This document shows, in pieces, positions 50,289-64,000 of a stretch of DNA of 64,000 nucleotides; position 1 is the stretch's first letter, and every line of letters starts with the position of its first letter. Below the pieces are notes generated by a model, which saw only the letters and a program-made list of their open reading frames with translations, was not told the DNA's origin and did no database searches. Where the stretch lies: assembly GCA_977017645.1 (NCBI GenBank), contig OZ360238.1, positions 60,636,001 to 60,700,000 on the forward strand, given 5' to 3'. A program made the translations under genes and the position numbers. The stretch comes from Torpedo marmorata. Taxonomy: Eukaryota.

Positions 50289-50475
50289 CTGACATCTAGT
50301 GATAGGTTCTTTTTTTATTGATGGTGTGGGAATCTGTTCAGTATCTGATCCCTCTGCTGATAAGTCGTTCCTTCTTTTCTTTATTGATGGTGTGGGAATC
50401 TGCTCAGAGTCCAACTCCTCTGCTGACAAATCATTCCTCCTTTTCTTTTTCTTACCCAATGTGATTATGATTTTG
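50289..50475 (-). CDS. CHD9: CHD9 exon (187 nt): KIIITLGKKKKRRND... with an internal 66-bp duplication
   Basis: AG at 50477-76, GTAAG at 50288; phases fit both neighbouring exons. Confidence 0.9.
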
Positions 50476-52204
50476 CTGTTAAATAAAATGTCAATAGGTG
50501 AGGAACACCTTTTTAAGTTGTATACTCATTTAATCCAGCAGTTGAAAATATCAAACAGCATGAAATATTTCTCTGCAGGAGGGGATAGGGAAAAGCGAAT
50601 ACATTCTTGAGCTCAATAAGAGTGTGTTAGAAAGTGAAGACTTTTCCATTTGATGCAATGTAAAAATGCCCCATTTCCCTAACGATTGATATCTCCATGT
50701 CAGATGAAGAGTACTCAAATCACAGCCCCGTAAAGTAAATCTTCCACTGGACCATTGTGCTGGTCTACGGATCATACCAATCTTGTGTGGTGCACGAGAC
50801 TACCAGGTAATACTGCAGTAGCTATTCATCATCCAGAATTCCATGCATTCTGCACCTATTTGCTGGAAGATTCAAAGCAGAGGTACTTTTGACTGCTTGC
50901 TGGATTCAAACATGACTAGATGTTATGTTTAAGGCCAGAATCTGAGATAGAAATAAAAGTCTTGAATTATTTGATAAAATAAATGATGGTGAATTAGTGA
51001 GTCGCACACTTCAATTTTTGTTGCCCTGCAATTACATCCCAAGTAAATTTCAAACCAAATGCCCTTCATAAGTTTTCCATTTTCCAGTTACTTTGCACTC
51101 CCTCTCATTTGAAGAATTGACCTGTGTGACAAAATGCAGATTGAATGGCAGTCTCCCAATCCTCAGCCAGGTCAATATCTGTGCATGAACCGGACTACTG
51201 CTGCAGACTAATTAATGCTAATCACTGCTGAACCAATTGTTCTGTTCACACACATACTTTCAAGAGAGACTGTAGATTGCAGTCAGTAGTGGAGGATGAA
51301 TGAATTATATTCATTTTAATATAGTGGTTCTTAAATGTCGGCAATAACTATTCAATTGGAAATGTGATTATTCCAATACTAAGTAAATTAAATCAATGTT
51401 AGTTAGGAAAAGGTTTAATTAAGGCCAAGACATGAAGCCTGAGGATTGGGAGAATTTTAGGAATTTTTAACAAATCACAACAATAATGAGAAGTCGAAAA
51501 TATGAATAAACTACTTGATAGTATAAACTAGATGGAAGAGTTTTTATAACGACACAAAATTGAACTGAGTAGCAAAGATACATGTAAATCTGAAGGAACC
51601 AAAAGCAGGAGAAAAATACAATGGGAAAAAGAATTTTTTGAGGAATTCAAATATTTATAAGGGAATATTTAAGACAATAACTGCAGTAGAAATGGCAGGA
51701 ATTAAGTATTTCTCTGAATGAACAGCTAGGAGAGTTCCAGTGACTCAGGTTAATCCTGACATTCAGTGCTGCCTGTGTGAAGTTTGCTTATTCTTCATGG
51801 GGCCACATGGTTTCTTCTGGGTGCTCTGGTTCTCCCACCCCACCTCACATGAAATGGATATGCAAGTTGGTTGGTTAATTGCCCCGTAAACTGTCCCGAA
51901 TTAGTGAGTGGTACAATCTAGGGGAGAGATGATAGGATGAGAGAAGAATATTGGCTCAAAATTAGTGTAAATGGGAGCTTGTTGGATGGTGCTGATTCAA
52001 TGGGACAAAGGGCATGTTTCTGTGCTCTTATGACTTTATGACTAATACTTCTGTGATAAAGGTGACCAAAAGGTATTAAATCTCCTCAACCTGATGGTCT
52101 GTATCCCCAGGGTTCGAAAAAGACAGCTGCAGAGCTAGTGGATTCATCAGTGACAATTAACCCGATTTCCTTGGATTCTGGACCAGTAACAGCTGAGTGG
52201 AAGA

Positions 52205-52530
52205 TCAGATACTATTTATTGTCATGTAATAAAACAGAAATGTCATATTACATGAAAGTGCCTTTTGGCTGCCAATAAGGCATACAAAGATTCACCATTA
52301 GCATTGCTTGGCGCACCTTACACTCAGAGAAAGAGAAGCAAAAGAGAGTCCCTTCAGAGTCACTGAGTATCCGTGGATTTGCCTCCAGCACTCCTGCAGC
52401 CGCACGAGACTCCAGTTCAGTTCAAACCATCGGCAACCCAAGCCCAGATCCAAACCTCCAACACGATGAGAAAGCCTTCAGCGTCGAGGGCCCTTTGGGA
52501 GCCCTTCTTGCTCTCAGCACCCTCTTGAAT
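52205..52530 (-). mobile_element. Degenerate 3' part of the GC-rich non-coding retroposon family
   Basis: CAGAGAAAGAGAAGCAAAAGAGAGTCCC..CCAAACCTCCAACACG shared with 36480-36620; a more decayed copy lies near 27090-27400. Confidence 0.7.
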
Positions 52531-55051
52531 GTAACACCACGAATTAAGAAAGGATGTAGTAAGAAAATAGCAAACTATAAACCAGTTATATTGGCATTAG
52601 ATGTCACCAAGTACTGAAATATATTAGAAAGCCCTCTGAAACAGGGCTTAAAACCAGAACGTGATGCGACAAAATCAATATGGCTTGATAAAATAGTGTT
52701 TGGCATATCCATAGCAGTTTTTCTAGGGATATAATAAACAAGGTCGATTAAAGGCAAATCAGAGGTTACAATTCCTCTGGATTATCAACTGGCATTTGGT
52801 AAAGAACCTCACAGTAGACACTATATAAAATGGGCTCACAGGTTTAGTAGAAACATGTTGGCATAGATTGGATAAAGGACATAAAGCAAAAGGGAAATAA
52901 ACATGTAAATTTAAAATCATTCAACTACCATAAGTGTGATGGCATCAGTATCAATCATAGATTGTCAACTATTTACAATTCCTAATAGTGAATTAATTGA
53001 AAAAATATATGGTGACATGTCTGGGTCTGCTGATGAAACAAAGGTGCTAAAAAGAGCTAGAAAGAAGTCTGATGGTTCATGAAATGTAAAGAGTTAACAT
53101 GCACGCAGAGAAAGAAATTAGAAAGACATATGAAACTTTAGGGCTTTACTGCAAGGCATTTTGAATATAAAAGGAAATCATGCTGAAATTATAAAGGGGA
53201 ACCACATCTTAAGTAGTGTGCAGTTTAGATCGCCAGAACTCAAAGAAGGATTGCCAAGAAAATGGCTTCACCCTTCTACAGCACTTGAAACAAGTCCTTA
53301 CATAGCACGAGCTATATACTCTATTCACCACAAAAAAGTGTGAAATTGGACAAAAATGAACAGCACACAAAACATTTTTCTAAAATGGGATCTTCACTGT
53401 TCCAGACAGGTCCGCACCTGATTTAGCCAAGTGGACATTATGATTTTAAGCCTTATTGCAGAGGGCTTCCTAATGCATTCCAGTACTTGCTGACATCCAA
53501 TGCCAATATACTTGACTGTGCACCAATGAAAGAAAGACATCAATCCTCATTTCACTCAGGATTGAAGCCCCGGTGACCAAGAAGATGATCCTGTCCAGTC
53601 ATCAAGAAAGATCATCAGAAGCACCATTTGAAGAGCAAGCCAGGAGAGGGCCAGTTATCTCCAAGCGAGAATCCCCACACTTTATCGCAAGTCTTACAAG
53701 GTATGTCGAGCTCCAGATAACTCGAAATACTGTTCTCTCATTCAGATACTTATTCAGCTACACACACACATCCGCAAAGATCACCAAATGTGATGCTATC
53801 CGTACTCCTCATCCTCACCCACAATATACCACATACACGTCCCAAAAGGTTTCCCACCTCCAAAGGTAAGAAAATGAAAGTTATTCAATGTCCTTCAGCT
53901 CTTTCATTCAGGCTGAATCACGAAGGGACAGAAGAGCGAATTCTCCATCTGGAGCAGGACACTCCCAGATTCAACTTCTCACCGATATAAAGACCATCTT
54001 GCAGTCCGAACCCCAAAACAACTCCAGAATCAACAGCTAGCATGGTCCACCTCAAATTAAATTACCTTTACGAGTTGCTTGTAAATGAAAAATGTGCCCA
54101 AGTAGATTCAAACTTTAGGCCACCTTGTTGGCAGTGGACATTGACTAGATTCATTCCTGGGATGAGGGGCTTCTCAGAGGAGGAGAGATTAACACTGGCC
54201 TATGCTCACTAATGTAAATCTTTCAAATTTACTGGAGTTTAGAAGAAAACAAGTGATTGAACTGACATCTACAAAATTGCGAGAGGGATTGACAGGATGG
54301 GTGAGGTTTCCTTAGGATGGCAAACCTTGATTTGAAGGTATTGTTACCAGATAGATGATTGGCTGTTTCGGACATAACAGGAGAAATCTCTTTACTTGAA
54401 GACTTACAAGTAAATCTTTTGGATCTCTTCAGTCTGAAGGGTTGCAGATTACGTGTAGTCATGTAGATTCAATGCTAAGAGCAACAGACTTTTGAACCCC
54501 AAGGCAATCCGGGGTTATAGGGATCTTGCAGGAAAGTGGACCAATGGTTCAACAGTAGCCAGGATTTTATTGAATCATGCGAATGCAGATCGAAGAGATA
54601 GAGCAGGTTTGGGGGAACCAAAGAAACCAAAATAAAGACTGTAATTTGTCTGTCCTCTCTTTATCCATCTGATAACAACAAACTCAGTACTGACTAGAAA
54701 TGAAATCTGGGACCATGAGCTGGCTACAATTTCTGCCTCCTATACTATCCCAGTTAATTAAAATTGTTGTCACAAAAACCCACATGTCCTGATTTGAGTT
54801 GGTCACAGTAAAGATCCAAATATAAAATAACGTATTCAACAGATAAAGCAACAGAAAAATGCACTGTAACATCATGACGTTTCACACAACAGATGCCTGC
54901 AGACTATTTTTATGGTTTTCAACTTTTGCTTTTTAGAATTTGACTTGCATTATTTAAATAAAACAAAAAAATTACATCCATTATAATTTGAAAGGATAAA
55001 TCTAGATGCTGGGAACTCTGGTTGCATCTCAGCAGATGGCACAGTGGCTCA

Positions 55052-56013
55052 AGCAATAGAGCTCCAGCCTTACATTTCCAGTTATCTAAGTTTAATCTTG
55101 ATCTCCGGAACTGTCTGTGTGGAGTCTGCACGTTCTCGCTATGACTGGATGGGTTTTCTTCAGTTCCCTTGCTTTGCTTCTACATCTCAAAGATGTGCAG
55201 GTTGGTAGGTTAATTGGTGACTTGCGTAGGTGAGTGATAGAATGGTAGTGTGGAAAGCTGATAGAGAATTTGGGAAGAATACAATGAGATATCAAGCTAT
55301 ATGATTAGTGAACACGTGAAGGGACTGTTTCTGTGATTCTGTCTAAAAAGCACCACAAAAATTGATAAGCAAACTGGAAAATAGCAGGTAAAATCAACAA
55401 TGAATTGCATAATCCAATGAAAACACATTGTGTTATGTGCTCCTCACAATGATGCGGTCAAATCTAATCAAATAGTAAAGAGTACACTTAAGGCTATTTA
55501 TCCGGTACAATATAACTGAAATTGCTTCTATAGAGCAATAGAGCTCCAGCCTTACATTTCCAGTTATCTAAGTTTAATCTTGATCTCCGGAACTGTCTGT
55601 GTGGAGTCTGCACGTTCTCGCTATGACTGGATGGGTTTTCTTCAGTTCCCTTGCTTTGCTTCTACATCTCAAAGATGTGCAGGTTGGTAGGTTAATTGGT
55701 GACTTGCGTAGGTGAGTGATAGAATGGTAGTGTGGAAAGCTGATAGAGAATTTGGGAAGAATACAATGAGATATCAAGCTATATGATTAGTGAACACGTG
55801 AAGGGACTGTTTCTGTGATTCTGTCTAAAAAGCACCACAAAAATTGATAAGCAAACTGGAAAATAGCAGGTAAAATCAACAATGAATTGCATAATCCAAT
55901 GAAAACACATTGTGTTATGTGCTCCTCACAATGATGCGGTCAAATCTAATCAAATAGTAAAGAGTACACTTAAGGCTATTTATCCGGTACAATATAACTG
56001 AAATTGCTTCTAT
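55052..56013. repeat. Tandem duplication: two 480-bp copies, period 482, containing a degenerate SINE
   Basis: 55052-55531 equals 55534-56013 by eye; ORFs 55092-55295 and 55574-55777 are identical. Confidence 0.95.
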
Positions 56014-56499
56014 TTCAAATGTTAACAGCGCCACACTGTTGACATCGGGCCGATAGAATGTCATGCATCATGCAAACTCTACAACGTAATTGTGGTCTCC
56101 TGTCATCTCGTTCAGACACGAGACACGAGATGCAAGCAGTCTCACTCTGCCTTGAATTTTCTTTGGATGCTGTGTGGCAGCTACAAATGCAAAGCAAAAG
56201 TTTGAAAAGTTCTCAAAGAACTCGATAAACCAAATGCAAGAATAACAAGTAGAATGCAGGGAGCATGCAGTGCTACTTAACTAATTCAGTGCAAACTTGG
56301 AGACAGTTCAATTTTTTCTGGCAAGTAAATCACCAGAACTACACAATGAGGCCTGTTTCAACTTTTGGGCACCAACTGGCCAAGTGATATTTTTCCCAGT
56401 ATATATAATACAAGTTTTGATATCTTTGGATAAATTACTTGCTGACAAAGCATCTACCTTCACCTCATCAATGTTCTTAATATAAGCATCACATTATAC

Positions 56500-57356
56500 T
56501 GTTATGGACCACGACTGACCATTTGGACTGCGGACAGTCAGCAGGAAGGATGAAGTCTTTTGGAGTACACACTGGGACCAGGTACTGAAAGAGTTAACTT
56601 GCCCAGGACTTGCTGTACTCAGAGAGAGAGACACCAGAGAGAGACAGGCTGTGGAAAGATACTTTGTTGCACTTTTGCAAAAGCAGGTGCAAACCTCTGC
56701 AAAAAGCATTCAGATTCAGTTGTTTGGAGTTGCAAAGGCTAGAGAACACAGCAAAATCCAGGCTTGTGCATCCCAGGGGAAAAGGCTGGGAGAATAGCAC
56801 ATGGCCTCCTGTATCAGCAAAATCCTGATTTAAATCAACTTTCGTGGAGAACAGGCGTGAGATCAGCGAGACCGGCTGTGAGATCCAAGTATACGCCTCA
56901 ATCCAAAACTGATTTGGAATCGCAATCCTCGTGGACCTACCAAAAGGGAAAGTCATCAGAGAATAAAAGCAGGCCAAGCATTCATAAGCTTAAACAGTTA
57001 TTGTCTCTCTCTCCAACGTTCATTAAGAAGTCCTTCGTGCCAGCACACAGAGCTGAATTTGGACCCTGAACATAGAGAGTGATTTTTGTAGACTGTATTT
57101 TTGGGACTGAATTATTTTTATGACTGACCTGGGGGTTTTGGGGAAGGTTTACTATTTTTACATGAGGGTTGGGCACAGACTGTAATGGTCTGGGCTTTAC
57201 ACACACACACTCTTTAGTAAGAATAGTGTTTATAGACGTTTATAGTGGGGTTAATGGTTAAGAAATTATATGTTTAATTGTCTTTAATAAATATAAATTT
57301 CAATTTTACCCCTTTTGCATTGCGTCTTCTGTCATTGCTGGTTTGAATTTGTAACA
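56500..57356 (+). mobile_element. Solo LTR (857 bp), probably Gypsy-type
   Basis: TGTTA...TAACA termini; 4-bp TSD ATAC at 56496-56499 and 57357-57360; AATAAA about 70 bp from the 3' end. Confidence 0.8.
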
Positions 57357-57789
57357 ATACCAAACTAAATCTTGGCCAGCCTCAATAAATCTAGAACAAA
57401 ATCAAATGCTTTTTTTTTTCCCCTTGCTGAATTGATTACAACATTTACCACTGTGATAGTGGTTTGTTTGGAAATTTATGCATACATTTCTTTGGTGAAT
57501 TCCAGTGGCCAACCACTTCAATTCCACACCAACAATGTCTGTCCATGGCCTCATGTAATGCCGAGTTGAGGCAACTTGTAAATTGGAGGAACACCACCTA
57601 ACATTCCATCTCAATGTCATCAATGTCAACTTTTCCAACTTGTACAATCAGATGACAATAAACTTGACTTTTATTCAGGAATCTGCTTGATATTTGGCAC
57701 TCATGAAGGCGGGCTCAGGCCCAAAACATCAACTACCTTTTATTTTCTGTGGATGTTGTGTGACCTGCTGAGTTTCTCCAGCATTTTGG

Positions 57790-57962
57790 TGCAGGAGTTT
57801 GCATGTTCTCCCCGTGTCTGCATGGGTTTCCTCTGGGTGCTCCAGTTTCCTCCCACCATTCAAAACATACTGGGGTTGTAGGTCAATTGGGTTTAATTTA
57901 GCGGCACAGGCTCGTGGGCCGAAAGGGCCCGTTACCGTGCTGTATGTCTAAAATTTAAAAAT
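57790..57962 (+). mobile_element. 5'-truncated V-SINE directly following Penelope fragments (57525-57790)
   Basis: GGAGTTTGCATGTTCTCCCCGTGTCTGCATGGGTTTCCTCTGGGTGCTCCAGTTTCCTCCCAC V domain. Confidence 0.85.
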
Positions 57963-58377
57963 AAATAATTTAATTACACTGGACCTCTGCATCTGCAGAT
58001 TTCTTGCTTTCCAATAAAATTACCAGTAATTTTTATAAAATTCTGAAGTACTATAAATATAATAGGTTGCACAATTAGGATAGTTCTCATGTATTTATTT
58101 TCTAAAATTGCTAAAAGCAAGAATAAGCTAAGCCAGGCAAGGTTAGTCATTCTCTGAGGATGGTTAACAGTAGGGCATGTCTTCCATACATGCATCAATT
58201 TGAGGTAACCTTGTTATTAATCACAATTATTGGTATTCATAGTAAAGGGACACCCAAAATCATTGACACAATTATGTACATGGCCCATACCCTTGCAATT
58301 TTTTCTGGTCTGACAACATCAATCAGTTGTTTCAATTATCATTTGATGCAAAAAGTTAAATCTTTGTGGTTTACTTA

Positions 58378-60275
58378 CCGTATATTTCGGCATATAAGTC
58401 GAGTCTTGAAACCCTCAAAAATCTCTCAAAAAATGGGGGTCGACTTATATGCCAGATATACTTTTGAGACCTTAAAATCAGCTCAAAAACTGCTCCACGC
58501 CAATTCGGCGTATAAGTCGACCCTTGAAAACCCGATTTGGCGTATAAGTTGGCCCTTGAAAACCCGATTTGGCGTATGTCGACCCTTGAAAACCCGATTC
58601 GGCGTATAAGTGGACCCTTGTAAACCCGATTCGGCGTATAAGTCGACCCTTGAAAAACCAAAAATAACCCGACTGCAACAAATTTTCATTGACATTTTTA
58701 TTGAAAACAACAAGACATTTAGAACCCTTCAAAATCACTTTCGGTATCATCGTCTGAGGCAAAGATCTCGGCAAGCACATCCGGGGTCTCACTGTTTAAA
58801 CAGTCATCATACGGATCCCAGTCTGTATCTGATGAGGCGGCTTCAGCTTCGTCGTCAGTACCATCAATTGCACAAGAGATATCGCACTTTTAAACGATTT
58901 TATTACAGTCTCTACTTTCACTTTGTCCCATGCCTTGAGCACGAAGTCACACAGCACATCAAGCGATGCAGCAAGCATTGCCCCGCCTTTTGTAAATGAT
59001 TTTTCTGCACTCGACATCCATGTATTCCACTCTTCACGCACATGGTCTTTGAATGGCTTGTTCAAGCAGACATCGAGAGGTTGCAATATAGACGTCAAAC
59101 CACCCGGGATAACCGCCATGTAAGTATTATGTTGTGCTAATCTACTTTTACTGTTCTCAATTAAGTGGCTACGAAACATATCCCAGACCAGCAAACTTCG
59201 TTCCTTGAGTAAACCGCTTGCCCGCCTGTTCCACACATTGTCTATCCATAGTTTTACACCATTTTCATCCATCCATCCTTTTTCATGAAAATGTACAAAA
59301 ATACCCGCAGGGAGTTTTATTTTAGGTTTAAATTTGCGTTTGAAGATTACCATGGGTCTTAATTTTGTCCCGTCGGCCATGCACGATAACACCACAGTAA
59401 ACCTGGTCCTTTCATGGCCTGTACTCCTGGTTTGCACAGTTTTCACACCTTTCCATTCCACTGTTCTATTGCCTATCATGTCAAAATTCATGGGGGTTTC
59501 GTCCATGTTTCCAATATTTCCCAATGCAAACTTGTGTTTCTGCCGGTTACGAATAATAAACTGGTGAAAACTTACAACTTTATGATCAAGATCTTTTGGT
59601 AGTTTCTGAGCAATTTTTGTTTTTTGTCGTAATACCAGATTTTTCCTGTTCATGAAACCAGCCTACTGTAGCTTCAAAATCATTACTGAGTTCTGGGTGC
59701 GACTTTGCCCACTTCAGTGCAAATGTTCTTATTTTATTTCAGGTGACTATGTAGCAATCTTGCCTCTGTTCACGTACCCATGCTGCGACATGATTTTCCA
59801 ACTCTGGCCAACAAGTGATTCCTCTTCTCATCGAACATTGCCTTTTTGGTATTTTTCTTAAAAGTCTCTTCTTTCTTCTTCCAATCTCTTACCAACTTCT
59901 CATATATATCAAATGTTCTTGCAGCAGCACAGTTGTTGGTTTTCTTGGCCATTTCTATCACTTTTAATTTAAAACTCGCCCCATACTTTCGTCGTTTCAA
60001 TTGAGCCTCCATGATAACAATCACCTCCAGCCAATGCCCAGCATCTCAATCAGCGCGATCGTTGTGGGTCAACCTATATGCCGGTCAACACCCAGAATCT
60101 CAGGCATCGCGATTTATGGGGGTCGACTTATACGTCAGTCAACGCTCAGCATCTCAGGCATCGCGATTTTTTGGGGGTCAACTTATACGCCGGATATACA
60201 ATGAAACCATTAAAATGAGGCTGAAAAAGGGGGGTTGACCTATCCGCGGGTCGACTTATATGCCGAAATATACGA
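58378..60275 (-). mobile_element. Near-full-length Passer (DD35D pogo) transposon with frameshifted transposase (about 58800-60012)
   Basis: TIRs with TA at 58376-58377 and 60276-60277; ORFs 59770-60024 and 58796-59653 closely match the 6714-7708 transposase and extend past it. Confidence 0.92.
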
Positions 60276-60957
60276 TATTTATTTATTGCTTATTGTGTCC
60301 CAGAGGGTCCAAACTTTCAGAATGATCTTCTGATCTTACAGCCAGTATTGAGGAGATTTACTAGAAAGATCTGGTGTTTCAGATTTTAGTTTTGTGGATT
60401 ACAAAACTAGGGTGATTATCCTTAAAACATAAAAGTACATAATTCAAATATTCTAAATTACGAAGGATAAGGAGAAAATGTTTCTTGTGGCTGAACTGTC
60501 AGTAACCAGAGGACAAAAGACTCAAGGCGTTTAGCAGAAGAATCAGGCTCAACATGAGGAAAAATGATGTGAAATGCAGTATCTGAAAATGTGATGAATC
60601 ACTTTTAATAAAAATTCAATGGTAATAATAATAATTCAACTGTTAAGGAAAAGAAGCTTGGGGCTAATGGAAAATGGGCACAAGGACAGAACAGGATGTT
60701 TCTATCATTCAATATCATTCCATAACTGTGTGGCAGCAGTGGTTGAACAGCTGGGGTTGGAAATCCTTCACTGTTATAATTAAACAATGTTTTAAATGAT
60801 AATGATTTTGCGGCTCTGGGTATTTTACCAATTCTATTTTTGTGAGGTGTCATAAGATCTTCATGCAACTAAATGTGAAGTGTGTAATTTTAAATCCTCT
60901 GCACCTCATCTGATAAGTTGCAGGCTTTGTACATGAGGAGAAGCTCTCTCAACTTAC

Positions 60958-61298
60958 CTTATTTTTGCTATATCCTTTGGCTTGGAACATAAACCAGTTC
61001 TAGAGTTCTTTGAATCTTTATCCTTTTGTTTTGCTTTGCCTTTGCCCGACTTCCTTTCTTCCTTTCGAGCAGACCCGGTGGACAAACAGACTGGGTTGAC
61101 CACTCTGGGAATATTCTGCTCCCCACGTGCCTTTGCTTTAGCTATTGCTTCTGATATGATCCGATTAGCTTTCTCTTGCTTATTTTGCATATCCTTCTTT
61201 TTTTGTTTGTTTCCAGTCATCAGCTGTGCATTCTGTAACTTGACAATCTGCTTCGCTTGTGGACTAGAACCATCAACAGCGGTCTGGGTGGAAGGTGG
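60958..61298 (-). CDS. CHD9: CHD9 exon (341 nt): PPSTQ...KQEKANRIISEAIAKAKARGEQNIPRV...KDIAKI
   Basis: ORF 60954-61319; TTTTTGCAG acceptor and GTAAG donor; QEKANRIISEAIAKAK is CHD9-type. Confidence 0.92.
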
Positions 61299-64000
61299 CT
61301 GCAAAAATAACACAGACAAATTATAGATACTTCAAGAGAAACCTTTACTGTTATATGATGCGATTCAAATTATTGTGGTCCAGTGCAAAATTTTTTTTAA
61401 ATCCCTTGAAAATACAAACAAAGCTATAAACTTTCTGCAATATTTTTTTTAAAGTTTTGACCTCTTTCCTCTAAAGGAAAGAAAATCAACCAGGTGATGC
61501 AAGTCAAGCTATACTTATATGGAAATAGCAATGCTAAACTTAGCCAAATGGCCATACACATTACTTAACATTTAGAGAGCTTCCACAGCCAGAGTACTCA
61601 CTGTCAACATCTTGAGTGTTGAAGCTTTGATTAGCCAGCATCAAATGAGATGATGTAGACATTGTGTGCATATGCCTGATGTACACCTACTATAACAATG
61701 GCTGCATTCCTGACTCATCAATGGGAAAATAAAATGGCAAGGCCAAAAGAAATGCTTTGAAGGCAACATCAAGATAAACATCAAGAGATACCACACTGAG
61801 ATCCCAGAATGGGAGACAGGGAGCAGCATCAGGCTACCTGGAAGACACTTATCAGTTAATTTTTTTACAGTATTACCAAGAATTTTATTCCTTCAATAAG
61901 GTAGAGATTGCATGTTGCACAGAAAAATATACCATTTCTGTACATATATAATCTGAAAGTTTTTAATAGGAGTTTTAATTCCATAGATTGGTGAACTAAA
62001 AGCAATGTAGAAACATTAAGAGTTGATAACAAATCAAAAAATACTGCAGCAAATGGATTTCAATGAATGCTCACATTAAGTTTTCTATTGTGAATTGAAA
62101 AACTACAAAACAAAATGCATTGTAGTTAGAAATAGAGAAGGTGTAAAGAGACTTAGGGAGTCCATAAGCATAAACTATTAAAAATCAGAGACGTCCACAA
62201 GATAATCACAGAATCTATAAGTATACTGGACTTTTATCAAGAGGAAGTAGATTATAAATAGATAAAGGTTTTGCTTCACGGAATCAAAGGCTTGTTTAGA
62301 TCACATCCAGAGAGCGTATTCAGGCACTATACCTTAACTTTGGAGATGGTGTAGTTTAAATTTACCTGATGTTACTGGGGATCGAGAGTTTAAATTTAAT
62401 AAGAATCATTACACAAACCAGAGCGATGTTCTCTGGAAGATTAAGATTGTTTAATGTTTTTAGTGAGGAAAACTAACAGGCTAGATGAATAGTTCATTAG
62501 TTATGGTTTTATGGATTGGAGAACTTCGAGACATCGTCTAAAAACTCAGCCGTGAATTTGGCAAAAATGAGTGCAAGTTAGGTCACAAAACAAATATGAT
62601 AAAACTTGATAACAGAACAGGCTTAAAGGCCTTGCATGAGCCAATCTCGCTCCAAAAATCCATAAGCCAAATCAGTCAATTTCTTGATAAACTGCAGGTG
62701 GTATGCTCAGGGCAAGAAGTTTCCAAAGGTTTACCCACAACCAGAGCTGGAGCATTTAGTCAGCCAAACTTAAACACTAAGAAATGCTTAGATTAAAAGA
62801 CATTTGAGAATGGAACTTAATGCAAGATTGTCCTGCAGATCAAAATACTGTCAAAGGCATTAATTGACCCTTGCTTCACAATTATTCTCAAGTAATAGTG
62901 AAATAATTCATCACAGCTTTTTATGAATTTGGAATGAGAGAAAAATGTTAAACACAAAATGCCAATTTCGCAAAATCTACTTTAAATTTTTTTTTTTTTT
63001 AAAGTGTCTGACATTATACAGTGTCCAGGAGAGGTTTCTTCTGTTTGCTATTTAAAATTAAATCAATGATGAATGCATTATTTAGGTATTTACACATCTT
63101 TGCTAAAGAGGAAATTTCTCCCAAAGTAGCAAACACCTGATATACTACAAAATTGGCTGTACAATAGTTAAAACTCAGTGCAGTTTAAAATTGGTTAATC
63201 CAAAGGAGAGGCTGCTGCTATAAAAATTACTGTATAAACACACTCGTTTATATTTTCTCATTATTAGTAAAATAGCAAAAATAAACTACAAGCACAATTA
63301 CAGAATAAATAAAATTAAGATGGGTAACAAATGAATTCTCCAAACTAAACAGTACATTTCTGCACACAGGACCAGACACAATATTGACTTCCCAGTCCAC
63401 ATTTAAATTAAAACAAAGGATTGAAAAGTAGATCTAAATACGTGACCAAAGTCCCTTGATTCGACATCAACAATATATTTAGGTCAGCGTAGCTACAGGC
63501 AAAGACATTAACTAAAAATGCTGTCATCATTCTAACAAGCTGTATATTACATGCAATCTCAGAAAAGCTCAAAGAACCTTCTTTTAAAATATATACGTGT
63601 TTGATCTCCCAGTATAATTGTATTTTTTTTTTAAAAGCAATGGCCTTATTCACAGTGGTTTACACAAACAAGCTGTTTATATCACTAGCACCGATTTTGA
63701 AATATTTTAAGGACACCACATTTATCCACTGCACCTTTCCAGGAATCTGAAAAGCTTCCCATTTAAATAGAGCAGTAAGATACATCTTAACATGTCTGTG
63801 TTTCTCACCCATAAATGAGCTGCTGACTACAGCAAAGTAAATTGCCACCAGGCATTTCCAAACAGATTTTCAGGCCAATGCCAGTGCACTCCACTGGATA
63901 ATATTTCTGCACATGCTTCATCAGCCTAACAGTAGCGCTGCAGCACTGATAGGCAGAGGCAATCAAACAGCTTTCAAACATTGTGAACAAATGCCACCTT

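Noticed and set aside
51300-54620. Possible coding sequence in scattered short ORFs (also 60340-60560 and 62100-62640)
   Set aside because: They look like very decayed CR1 or other retroelement debris; boundaries cannot be supported by eye
12476-61298. Assignment to CHD6, CHD7 or CHD8
   Set aside because: Residues such as [52 protein letters not shown] and LPKMKAGG fit CHD9 as recalled; a phylogeny or synteny check would confirm

Overview
Vertebrate genomic DNA, most likely a cartilaginous fish; this is inferred from the repeat set (V-domain/HE1-type SINEs, Penelope, Rex-Babar and CR1). The whole window lies inside a CHD9 chromatin-remodeller gene on the minus strand. I traced 14 consecutive GT-AG coding exons from 61298 down to 12476 (2300 nt, phase-consistent), covering the basic N-terminal region, both chromodomains, the SNF2 ATPase N-lobe and the start of the helicase C-lobe. 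The introns are dense with transposable elements: a pogo/Passer (DD35D) family with four copies, L1, CR1, Rex-Babar, Penelope-like elements carrying minimal hammerhead motifs, a Harbinger fossil and Harbinger-like MITEs, V-SINEs, a solo LTR and a 482-bp tandem duplication. The most unusual items are (i) a 177-bp palindromic element with hAT-like ends built from two inverted SINE tails, (ii) an in-frame 22-aa tandem duplication inside a CHD9 exon, (iii) Passer ends with copy-number-variable binding-site arrays and a non-autonomous derivative carrying a minisatellite, (iv) hammerhead motifs sense to the CHD9 pre-mRNA, and (v) a candidate intronic promoter upstream of the chromodomain exons. No prokaryotic-type system (CRISPR, retron etc.) is supported. 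All coordinates were read by eye; TE boundaries without a TSD are approximate.
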